Assembly: GCA_016218585.1 (NCBI GenBank)
Contig: JACRDK010000010.1
Coordinates: 68,974-132,973 of the forward strand
DNA from: Candidatus Doudnabacteria bacterium
Lineage (GTDB): Bacteria; Patescibacteriota; Doudnabacteria; UBA920
DNA: 64,000 nucleotides
Reading direction: 5' to 3'
This document shows, piece after piece, positions 1 through 8,400 of this stretch (position 1 is the first letter of the stretch; every line of letters starts with the position of its first letter). Position numbers and translations under genes: made by a program. Under the pieces are notes generated by a model. It saw only the letters and a program-made list of their open reading frames with translations. It made no database searches and had not been told where the DNA came from.

Positions 1-2
1 CT

Positions 3-1814
3 TTGCCGGCAACCGCTTCTTACAGGAAGACCTGGTGGGATTATTTTATTAAGTACGCTTTCTTTACTCCTATAATGGCATTCTTTTTAAACCTTACCGC
101 GGTAATTGCAAATACATATAAAACTAATCCGGTACTGCAGAGTATTAACGACGGCACTTTAACGCAAAATTTGGGCGGGTCTGATATTGCCGGTTTTGTT
201 TTTAAAGTCGCAAGTAATATATTGTTATTAATATTTTTATTTGCTTCATTAATGGTTGCCGAAAAGTTTGGTGTTATGGGCGCAGGCGCAGTAACAGGAA
301 TAGCGAAGAAAGGAATTTTTGCTCCGTTTGGCGCTATTGATGCTGGTGCAAAAACTGGGGCAAGTATGTTTGGCAGGGCTTACGCCAGATACACAACTGG
401 GAAAGCAAAAGAGGCTGAGGCGGGAGACAGAAATAAAACTGCGTTTATGTGGAAAGCTGCTGGATTATTAAACCCCAAAGTAGCAAAAAAAGCTTGGGAA
501 GAGCGACAGCATGATAAGGAATTGGAATCTTATAGTGAAGCGATGGGCTTGGCCAGGGATACCTTGAATAGATACATGCCAACAGAATGGAATAATTCTC
601 ACGGTAAATTTAACCTTGGTCAAAAAACCTATTACGGCAAGATTGGCCATGAAAATATGATTGCTCATAAGAGATCGGAATGGGAGAAGGCAAATTTGAC
701 TATGCCAGAAAAAGTTGCTGCTTTTGAAGGGGCCCACCATAAGGAGGAGGTTGAGGCTTTGATGTATATTATGACAGATGGAAGGCACGAGGACGACTGG
801 ATGATGGAAGTGAAGAAGGCAGAACTACCGGAAATCAAAGCGCAGATTAAAAAGAATTTAATGGCACAAGGAAAATCAGAGGCAGAAGCAGAAAAACTCG
901 CTCAAGACAGAGCGGATGTTTATTTTGATAAGGTTGAGTATGGTGATTTGTTGTACGAAAAATTGGTTCATGGCGGTGCTTCCCACGAAGATGCTGTCAG
1001 AGCAATTTCTCACTTACAGGAGTATGCGGAAGGCCAAAGTAAAGGTAGAAACTATGGTATGACAGTAGAAGATCCTGATGGGGCTGTTCGCTTGGCGTCC
1101 GACCAGTCTATGTATAAACAAATGGACAATAAACAAATGTTGAACAGTTTAAATGATTTGGGCATTTTTGAATCTACCAAGGACGCAGATGGAAATGTAA
1201 CAGAGTTAAAATTTGTAATGAAAGACAAGGAGACTGGAAGTGTTCTTGGAACCGAAACAATAAAAAATTATTCTGATTTTGAGAGCGCAAAAGCCAGAAC
1301 TAAAGAAAAGTATGGCAACTACTATGACCATGCTTACAAAATTGCGGACTTAGAGTATGCCGTTACCGGAGCAAGGTCCTGGAGATATGATGGAAGAACT
1401 AGACAAAATAGAGGGACAGTGGAAAATCATATGAAAGGCAGAGAAAGAGGAGAGGTTGCGGTGCTTACAGGAAAAAGAGGCGCAATAGGTTCAACATCCT
1501 ATGGTAACAGAGCTACTGTAGAATTGACTGACTTGTCCACAACGGTTATTGGTAAATTGCGCAATTTACAGCCGCGTGCTTTGGAGGAAATTGGTGTTAA
1601 AAAGGATGCCCAAGGCAATTCATATATAGATTATAAACAATTTGCCATAAAATGGGCTGAAAATTCTAAGTTAGTTAGGCAATATATTACACAAGCCGGT
1701 TTAGGCGATGAAGAGAAACAAAAAATCTGCGACGAAATCAACTCGAAGTATAAAGGTACTGCTGGTATCACATTGGATATGAAGAAAGAGGATTTAGCAG
1801 TTCCAAAAGTTTAA
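3..1814 (+). CDS. Membrane protein, partial at the 5' end (N-terminal TM helices, large hydrophilic C-terminal region); possible VirB6/TrbL-like T4SS component
   Basis: The ORF runs off the window start with no upstream stop. Hydrophobic segments FLNLTAVIANTY and ILLLIFLFASLMVAEKFGVMGAGAV are present. It sits at the head of a cluster containing VirB4 and a PrgI-like gene. Confidence 0.4.
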   Translation: MPATASYRKTWWDYFIKYAFFTPIMAFFLNLTAVIANTYKTNPVLQSINDGTLTQNLGGSDIAGFVFKVASNILLLIFLFASLMVAEKFGVMGAGAVTGIAKKGIFAPFGAIDAGAKTGASMFGRAYARYTTGKAKEAEAGDRNKTAFMWKAAGLLNPKVAKKAWEERQHDKELESYSEAMGLARDTLNRYMPTEWNNSHGKFNLGQKTYYGKIGHENMIAHKRSEWEKANLTMPEKVAAFEGAHHKEEVEALMYIMTDGRHEDDWMMEVKKAELPEIKAQIKKNLMAQGKSEAEAEKLAQDRADVYFDKVEYGDLLYEKLVHGGASHEDAVRAISHLQEYAEGQSKGRNYGMTVEDPDGAVRLASDQSMYKQMDNKQMLNSLNDLGIFESTKDADGNVTELKFVMKDKETGSVLGTETIKNYSDFESAKARTKEKYGNYYDHAYKIADLEYAVTGARSWRYDGRTRQNRGTVENHMKGRERGEVAVLTGKRGAIGSTSYGNRATVELTDLSTTVIGKLRNLQPRALEEIGVKKDAQGNSYIDYKQFAIKWAENSKLVRQYITQAGLGDEEKQKICDEINSKYKGTAGITLDMKKEDLAVPKV

Positions 1815-1823
1815 TTATTTTTT

Positions 1824-3002
1824 ATGAAAATAATAAGCATAACTGAAGAAAACTTTAGCCAAATAGATTCGCAGGAGTTGCTTAACCCGGCGAGGTATGT
1901 TGAAGTTGAAAATTTGGTTTTAGCCGTAGGCTGGGAAGGTTATCCGCAAGCTGTTAATCTTGCTTCAATTCTGGTTGACCGGTTGTCAGTGGTTGCGGAA
2001 AAAATGCCAAAAGAATTATTTGCTAAATATCTTTTTTTGCTAAGGGTTTTAAAGCTCTTTGGTCTTCGGGCGCTTACAGACAAGGAAAAACAGAAATTTT
2101 TTAGCGAGGGTATTTTAGACGTATTTAAATCAGACCTTGTTAATGTTCATGAACAAGTCGATTACACCCTCAAAGCCTATGCATACGCGCCTGACATATT
2201 AAAGAGCCTGCGTGACTCCTTAATTACAGGGTTGGAAAAAAATAGCGAAATTTTAGGTAAAAAAAATATTAAAGTTACATTTAATGGTGAGGATAGGCTA
2301 GTAAACCCAATGGTTCAAAATTGGTTAGCGGACTATAATTCTTTATTTCACACTTCTTCCCAAATAAAAAAAAGAGGGGGCTACGAACAAATTAATTATA
2401 TTACTGGTTCTTCAAATGCGAGGTTGTTAGAGAAACAAGATTCTGCTGTTTTGTTAAAGTTAATTCAATTTTATGATTGGCTTAAATTTGACCCACTGTT
2501 GTATAACTTTAGAGAGCAAGGGTCGCCTTTGTGGGAAGAAGAAATAATAAATGTAGAAAAACCGGAAAAATTTATTCCAGATGATTTAGCTTCCATTATT
2601 GAAAATATAAGATCTTCAGATTCTTCAAATGGTAATGGTCCGGAAAAAAGTTATATCAGCACAGAAAAGTTAGAATTGCCGGAGGAGTTCCAGAAACAAG
2701 ACAGTGTTGTTAAAACGCCGCCAGTTACGCCAACTCCGCCGAATGTGCCAAAGTTAAAGCCGATGGAGGAAATAAGCAATTTGGCATCCAAGCCTTTGAC
2801 TACTTCCAGGCCGCTTGTCGGCGGGTATAAGGCCGCTGCAGCAAAAGGGGTAAGCGCCCGCGGAATTTTAAGCCAGTCAGATGACGGCGACAAGGGCTTA
2901 AAGATGAGTTGGCAAAATCCGGAACCGGATATTCAAGCCAAGCAGCAGGAAATAGACAAAAAGTTAGAAGATTTGGAAAAAAGAACCAAGGGCAGCAAAT
3001 AA
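1824..3002 (+). CDS. Hypothetical protein (T4SS-cluster associated)
   Basis: 392-aa ORF tightly spaced after the previous gene. It has a proline-rich C-terminal stretch and no recognisable motif. Confidence 0.45.
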   Translation: MKIISITEENFSQIDSQELLNPARYVEVENLVLAVGWEGYPQAVNLASILVDRLSVVAEKMPKELFAKYLFLLRVLKLFGLRALTDKEKQKFFSEGILDVFKSDLVNVHEQVDYTLKAYAYAPDILKSLRDSLITGLEKNSEILGKKNIKVTFNGEDRLVNPMVQNWLADYNSLFHTSSQIKKRGGYEQINYITGSSNARLLEKQDSAVLLKLIQFYDWLKFDPLLYNFREQGSPLWEEEIINVEKPEKFIPDDLASIIENIRSSDSSNGNGPEKSYISTEKLELPEEFQKQDSVVKTPPVTPTPPNVPKLKPMEEISNLASKPLTTSRPLVGGYKAAAAKGVSARGILSQSDDGDKGLKMSWQNPEPDIQAKQQEIDKKLEDLEKRTKGSK

Positions 3003-3032
3003 AATTTGTAGTTTCGCATTATACATATAATT

Positions 3033-4325
3033 ATGCAGGCTGAAAAACTTGAAAATTTGAAAAGTCTAATATCGTCGTCGCCAATATTGCTGCCTCAGGA
3101 GCGGACAGAGTGGCTGACGCTTTTGGGTTTGATGAACGACAAACAGTTAAATGAGCTGGAAAAGATTCTCCAGTCTGGAATTAAGAATCAAGAATTAAGA
3201 ATTAAGGAAGAAACACAAACCACCTCAAGCCAAAAATCTGCAAGTCAGGTTGCGTCTTTTCAACCGGCGATTTTAAAATCCGAAGCTCCCAAGCAGGTTC
3301 CGAATTTGAGCCATATAATGAACTTGCCAAAAACTTTTGACGGCAAGCCCGCGGCTTTAAAAATTCCCCAAAACCAGACAAGTGGCTTTAATTTTAAACC
3401 ATATGGCGTAAGCTTAGACAAACCGGCAATAAAAGCAGCCCCGGCGGTCTCTTCAGTCGACCAGAAAGCAAAATCCGGATTTGCGTCGAAGTTAAAATCT
3501 ATTTTTACAGAAAAAGAATTAACCACCAGTCAGCCCAAGTATGAGTTAAAGCTTCCGCCTCCGGAGGTGCCAAAACCAAAGCCGAAAGTTGTAGCGCAAC
3601 CGACTGCGGAAGCAAAGCCGGTGGTTCAGCCAAAACCTTCAGCAATTCCTGCAGTTCAACAAAAATCTGTTGTAACGCCTTTGGCTCAGCCAAAGCCGAT
3701 TACCGAAAAAAAGACGGAGATGGCGCCGGTTCAAACCCCTCAGGTAAAGCCGGAATTAAAGAAAGAGCTGGAAAAAATTGTCCCAACTGTCCCGCAGTCA
3801 GTGGAATCTATTTTAGCCAGCTTAAAAAAGCCGGCCGAGACCCCAATTTTCAATAAAGCGGAACACCAGGCTCCGGTCCAACAACAGCCACGCCCTGCAC
3901 GCCAGACCTCGGGTTTAAATTTTGGCCACGCTTCGGAAAAAATCAGGCAGGATACCCTGGCTTCGGTTAAACAGCATTTGGAAGAAACCGGCAGATCACA
4001 AAACGTTCCTATATTCCAAAAAGTATTGCCTAAAAATTGGGATATAAAATCTCTGGAAGACTTAAAAGCTATGGACGCGCTTATTCTTACCGCTGATTTG
4101 TCGACAGTTGCAAAAAAAATTAAAAAACTTTATAGCAGCCACGATTTTCATGATGTAATATTTAGCCTGGAAAATAGCGAACTCTATAAGAATTATTTAA
4201 AAACCGGCACAGAAATACTCACTAAACAAACCGACTTTGAAAATTTAAACCCCGCATCGGGTTTTTTGGACAGAAGCCAATTTGAGAAATTTACCGATCT
4301 GCTTAGGGAAATTCAAGGAGAATAG
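3033..4325 (+). CDS. Hypothetical proline/lysine-rich protein (low-complexity PKP repeats)
   Basis: 430-aa ORF with a PPPEVPKPKPKVVAQP type low-complexity region, which would fit a periplasmic or cell-envelope spanning protein. Confidence 0.45.
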   Translation: MQAEKLENLKSLISSSPILLPQERTEWLTLLGLMNDKQLNELEKILQSGIKNQELRIKEETQTTSSQKSASQVASFQPAILKSEAPKQVPNLSHIMNLPKTFDGKPAALKIPQNQTSGFNFKPYGVSLDKPAIKAAPAVSSVDQKAKSGFASKLKSIFTEKELTTSQPKYELKLPPPEVPKPKPKVVAQPTAEAKPVVQPKPSAIPAVQQKSVVTPLAQPKPITEKKTEMAPVQTPQVKPELKKELEKIVPTVPQSVESILASLKKPAETPIFNKAEHQAPVQQQPRPARQTSGLNFGHASEKIRQDTLASVKQHLEETGRSQNVPIFQKVLPKNWDIKSLEDLKAMDALILTADLSTVAKKIKKLYSSHDFHDVIFSLENSELYKNYLKTGTEILTKQTDFENLNPASGFLDRSQFEKFTDLLREIQGE

Positions 4326-4364
4326 GGACAAGTATATAGCATTTAGCATATAGAATTTAGAACA

Positions 4365-4736
4365 GTGGAAAACCATACTAAAATCCAAAATTTTACAGAT
4401 CTTATAGTTTGGCAGAAGTCACATGCTTTAGTTTTGGATGTTTATAAGCTGACTAAAAAATTTCCAAAAGATGAGTTATTTGGTTTGGTTTCTCAATTAC
4501 GTAGAGCTGCTGTGTCAATAACCTCAAATATTGCTGAAGGTTTTGGGAGGTTTTCCGAGAAGGAGAAGCTTCATTTTTATTCTTTCTCATATGGGTCACT
4601 TTTAGAAGTTAATAATCAAATATTAGTTGCAAAAGATCTTGGTTATATGAGTGAAGAAGAAAAACAAAAAGTAGTTATGCTGTCCATAGAAGTTGGCAAA
4701 ATGCTCCAAACGTTAATGGCAAGAATTAAATGCTAA
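4365..4736 (+). CDS. Four-helix-bundle protein (23S rRNA intervening-sequence protein family-like)
   Basis: 123 aa with the characteristic FPKDELFGLVSQLRRAAVSITSNIAEGFGRFSEKEKLHFY core. GTG start. Flanked by related imperfect inverted repeats. Confidence 0.7.
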   Translation: MENHTKIQNFTDLIVWQKSHALVLDVYKLTKKFPKDELFGLVSQLRRAAVSITSNIAEGFGRFSEKEKLHFYSFSYGSLLEVNNQILVAKDLGYMSEEEKQKVVMLSIEVGKMLQTLMARIKC

Positions 4737-4789
4737 GTATTTATAGAGCTAAATGCTAAATTCTATCTACTATATGCTATAATTTAGAT

Positions 4790-5248
4790 ATGCAATTCCC
4801 AGTACCACAATTTACCGACGTTGAAGATAAAATTATTGGACCGCTTACAATAAAGCAGTTTGGAATTTTGTTTGGCTTAGGAGTGGTTTTGTTTTTGGGA
4901 TATTCAGCCACTAAAAGCATAATAGTTCTGATATTTCTGTTTTTAATTCTAGGAATTCCCGGACTATCCCTTGCTTTTGCGAAAATTAATGGGCGCCCTG
5001 TTTACAATAGCATTGGATATTTTGTTAAATTTTTCTTGAGTCCTAAAGTGATGGTCTTTCATAAAGAAGCTGTTTCTTTAAGGTCAGACGCAGAAGTAAA
5101 AGACGCAAATTTGAAATCCGACACGGTAACTAAGCAGTCGGACAAAGAAGATACTCAAGACAATCTCCGCAAGGTGCAGCAATTGTTAAGGCAGACCCAG
5201 GACCAGGAAGAAGAAATGGTTAGGGCAAGAAGCAAGAGTCAGGAATAA
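4790..5248 (+). CDS. PrgI/VirB3-like small membrane protein of T4SS
   Basis: N-terminus MQFPVPQFTDVEDKIIGPLTIKQFGILFGLG is followed by two TM helices. This is the pattern usual for PrgI-family genes next to VirB4. Confidence 0.55.
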   Translation: MQFPVPQFTDVEDKIIGPLTIKQFGILFGLGVVLFLGYSATKSIIVLIFLFLILGIPGLSLAFAKINGRPVYNSIGYFVKFFLSPKVMVFHKEAVSLRSDAEVKDANLKSDTVTKQSDKEDTQDNLRKVQQLLRQTQDQEEEMVRARSKSQE

Positions 5249-5369
5249 TGAATCAAGGCACATGCAGAGATAGCTTAACAAGTTCTTATAAAGATTTATT
5301 TAGAAAGTGGTTACCCGAATTAATAAAAAGTTTCAAAACATAATTCTTAATTCTTGATTCGTAATTCTA

Positions 5370-6056
5370 ATGCGTTTAGAAATGCAAAACAAAAAAGGGG
5401 CGGTTGGCAAGCCGACACAAAGTTTTTTAAAGATATCGGAAATAAAAAACGATACTGTTGTTTTAGAGGACGGCAGCATGCGAGCTATTGTTGCGGTTTC
5501 CAGCACGAACTTTGATTTAAAAAGCCAGGACGAACAAAATTCTATTATTTTTAACTTTCAGAGATTTTTAAATTCCCTGGATTTTTCCATTCAGATTTTA
5601 ATGCAGAGCAGGAAAATGGAAATTGGCGATTATTTGGAAAAGCTTAAGCGTCTGGCGGAAAAACAGACAAACGAGCTGCTAAGAGTGCAGACTGCGGAAT
5701 ACACAGAGTTTATTAGCCGTCTTATTGAAAATGCCAGCATTATGAATAAGAATTTTTATATTATAGTTCCTTTGGGGGACAGCATTCTTCCTTCGCCCGC
5801 CGGATTTTTTAGCAAGCTTTTGGGCAATGGTAAGACCAGGGAAATTGAGGAAAAGATTCAAAATTTTGAAAGGGCCAAAGAAAAACTGGACGGGCGCGTT
5901 ACCTCGCTTATGGCAAATCTTTCCGGAATTGGGATTAGGGGTGTTAAGCTTAAAACAGAGGAAATAATTCAGCTTTACTATAATTCGTACAATTTTGGCG
6001 CCGGCCCGCTAATAGATCCTACTCAACTGGAAGAAATTAAAATCACCAAGAGTTAG
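5370..6056 (+). CDS. virB4: VirB4/TrbE N-terminal domain fragment (split gene, first part)
   Basis: ISEIKNDTVVLEDGSMRAIVAVSSTNFDLKSQDEQNSII resembles VirB4 N-terminal regions. The downstream ORF continues with the YPR...WL region and the ATPase motifs. Confidence 0.5.
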   Translation: MRLEMQNKKGAVGKPTQSFLKISEIKNDTVVLEDGSMRAIVAVSSTNFDLKSQDEQNSIIFNFQRFLNSLDFSIQILMQSRKMEIGDYLEKLKRLAEKQTNELLRVQTAEYTEFISRLIENASIMNKNFYIIVPLGDSILPSPAGFFSKLLGNGKTREIEEKIQNFERAKEKLDGRVTSLMANLSGIGIRGVKLKTEEIIQLYYNSYNFGAGPLIDPTQLEEIKITKS

Positions 6057-6074
6057 AATCAAGAATTTTGAATT

Positions 6075-6470
6075 ATGAATCAAGCAGAAAACAAAGGCAA
6101 AATAAAGTCTTTTATGGACCTGATTGCTTGGAAAGAAGCCCATCAATTAGTATTGATAATATATGATGTTACAAAAGGTTTTCCCAAAGAAGAAATATTC
6201 GGTTTAGTTATGCAATTAAGAAGAGCTGTAGTTTCAATAACATCCAATATAGCAGAAGGTTTTAGTAGGCAGTCGTATAAAGATAAGATTCATTTTTATA
6301 GTATGGCTTTAGGCTCTCTTACAGAAGTTCAAAATCAAATTTTAGTTTCAAAAGATATTAAATATTTAGCTATAGAAGAGTTTAACAAATTAGTGGACCG
6401 GACCGTAATTGTTAGTAAGTTATTAAATGGCTTAATAAAAAGCTCTAAAACCCTAATTCTTAATTCTTGA
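6075..6470 (+). CDS. Four-helix-bundle protein (second copy), inserted between the two VirB4 parts
   Basis: 131 aa, about 50% identical to the 4365..4736 product (FPKEEIFGLVMQLRRAVVSITSNIAEGFSRQSYKDKIHFY). Its stop codon lies inside the upstream repeat of the next gene. Confidence 0.7.
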   Translation: MNQAENKGKIKSFMDLIAWKEAHQLVLIIYDVTKGFPKEEIFGLVMQLRRAVVSITSNIAEGFSRQSYKDKIHFYSMALGSLTEVQNQILVSKDIKYLAIEEFNKLVDRTVIVSKLLNGLIKSSKTLILNS

Positions 6471-6484
6471 TTCGTAATTCAAAT

Positions 6485-8332
6485 ATGAGCATTTTTGGAA
6501 AAATTTCAGAGATAGAGCTTCAAGAAAAAAAGCAGTTGCTTGAAGAAAAGGAAGCTGAAAGCAGCACTCGCGCCAGCTTGCGGGATTTAGACGTGACTTA
6601 CCGGGAAGGCCTTACCACATTAAGGGACCTTATTGCCCCTTCGTCTCTAAAGTTTGAAAGTTCTTATTTTGAGCTAAACGGCAAATTAGGCCGAAGCTTT
6701 TTTGTGCTGGCATACCCAAGGTTCCTTTCTACCAACTGGCTGTCATTTATTATTCAGGCTGAAGGCGCGCTGGATTTGTCTATGTTTATTTATCCGATTG
6801 ACTCCGCGGAAATATTAAAGAAGCTTAAGTCAAAGGTGGGGGAAATTGGCTCGCAAATGTCCATTAACCAGGAAAAAGGCATGGTGCGCGACCCAATGCT
6901 TGAAACTGCTTATAAAGATGTGGAAAGTTTGCGCGACAATTTAATGCAGGGAACGGAAAAATATTTTCGATTTGCTTTGTACTTTACCATCTATGCTGAT
7001 GACCTAAAAGAACTGGAAAAGTTTTCAACTACTTTAGAAAGCTCGCTTGGCTCAAAACTTATTGTTACCAAGCGCGCGCTGCTGCAAACCCAAAATGGTT
7101 TAAATTCAACTTTACCTTTGGGAACCGACGAGTTGGATGTGGCTAATAATATGAACACCAGCCCGTTGTCGTCCTGTTTTCCTTTTGTTTCGTCTGATTT
7201 AACCAGTAATGACGGAATTTTATATGGGATTAACCGCCACAATAACAGTTTAATTTTATTTGACCGGTTTGCCATGGAAAATGCTAACGCCGTGGTATTT
7301 GCCAAGTCCGGCGCGGGAAAATCTTATGCGGTAAAACTTGAAGTTTTGCGCAGTTTGATGGTCGGCACGGAAGTTATTATTGTTGACCCGGAAAACGAAT
7401 ATCAACATTTGGCTGCGGCGGTTGGCGGCACTTATTTGAGCGTCTCCTTAAACTCAGCTTCCAGAATTAATCCGTTTGATTTGCCGGCTGCTATTGAGGG
7501 AGAAGACAACGGCGACGTGCTAAGAAGCGCGGTTATTAATTTGCTGGGTCTTTTCAGTTTAATGATAGGAAAACTTAATCCGACCGAAGAAGCTTTAATG
7601 GACAAGGCTATTTGGCAAACTTATGCCAAAAAAGATATTACCCCGAATTTAACCGATTTTCACGGCGTGGAATATCCGACTATGAACGATTTGGTGGAAA
7701 TTTTAAACAGCATGGTTGGCGCCGAAAGCTTGGCGCAGCGTTTAGAAAAGTATACCCAGGGAACTTTTGGAGGGCTTTTAAACCAGCAAACCAATGTTGT
7801 GTTAAATAACCAACTGGTTGTTTTTTCCATTCGTGATTTGGAAGAAGAGCTCAGGCCAATTGCAATGTACATAATTTTGAACTTTATTTGGAATATTGTG
7901 CGTTCGGAATTAAAAAAGAGAATTCTTGCGGTAGACGAGGCTTGGATTTTAATGCAGCACGAAGATAGCGCCAGGTTTTTGTTCGGCATTGCCAAACGCG
8001 CCCGCAAGTACTATTTAGGCCTTACCACAATTACCCAGGACGTGGCCGACTTTTTAGCCAGCCCTTATGGCAAGCCAATTGTGACTAACTCATCTATCCA
8101 GCTGTTGCTTAAACAAAGCCCGGCAGCTATAAATATTATTGCCGAAACTTTCTTTTTAACCGAAGGGGAGAAGTATTTATTGCTGGAAAGCGAAGTTGGA
8201 GAAGGAATTTTCTTTGCCGGGTTAAAGCACGCGGCAATAAAAATTTATGCTTCTTACGTGGAAGACCAAATTATTACTACAGACCCGAAGCAGCTTTTGG
8301 AAATTCAAGAGAGCCAGGACAAACTTAGTTAA
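6485..8332 (+). CDS. virB4: VirB4/TrbE-family T4SS ATPase (C-terminal main part)
   Basis: Walker A FAKSGAGKSYAVK and Walker B ILAVDEAWILM are present, and the overall architecture fits. The ATG at 6485 directly follows the heptad repeat element. Confidence 0.8.
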   Translation: MSIFGKISEIELQEKKQLLEEKEAESSTRASLRDLDVTYREGLTTLRDLIAPSSLKFESSYFELNGKLGRSFFVLAYPRFLSTNWLSFIIQAEGALDLSMFIYPIDSAEILKKLKSKVGEIGSQMSINQEKGMVRDPMLETAYKDVESLRDNLMQGTEKYFRFALYFTIYADDLKELEKFSTTLESSLGSKLIVTKRALLQTQNGLNSTLPLGTDELDVANNMNTSPLSSCFPFVSSDLTSNDGILYGINRHNNSLILFDRFAMENANAVVFAKSGAGKSYAVKLEVLRSLMVGTEVIIVDPENEYQHLAAAVGGTYLSVSLNSASRINPFDLPAAIEGEDNGDVLRSAVINLLGLFSLMIGKLNPTEEALMDKAIWQTYAKKDITPNLTDFHGVEYPTMNDLVEILNSMVGAESLAQRLEKYTQGTFGGLLNQQTNVVLNNQLVVFSIRDLEEELRPIAMYIILNFIWNIVRSELKKRILAVDEAWILMQHEDSARFLFGIAKRARKYYLGLTTITQDVADFLASPYGKPIVTNSSIQLLLKQSPAAINIIAETFFLTEGEKYLLLESEVGEGIFFAGLKHAAIKIYASYVEDQIITTDPKQLLEIQESQDKLS

Positions 8333-8400
8333 ATTTCCAATTTCCAATATCCAATTTCCAAATTTCAAACAGAATTCTTTTGGAAATTAGTCATTAGGAA

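Noticed and set aside
468-788. Antisense and short ORFs nested inside long genes throughout the window. Examples: 468..788, 2651..2893, 9575..10411 (within the S/T/Q-rich region), 15546..16001, 33516..35909, 43075..44613.
   Set aside because: They overlap well-supported genes on the other strand or in another frame. They have no motifs, and in the low-complexity region they are artefacts of compositional bias.
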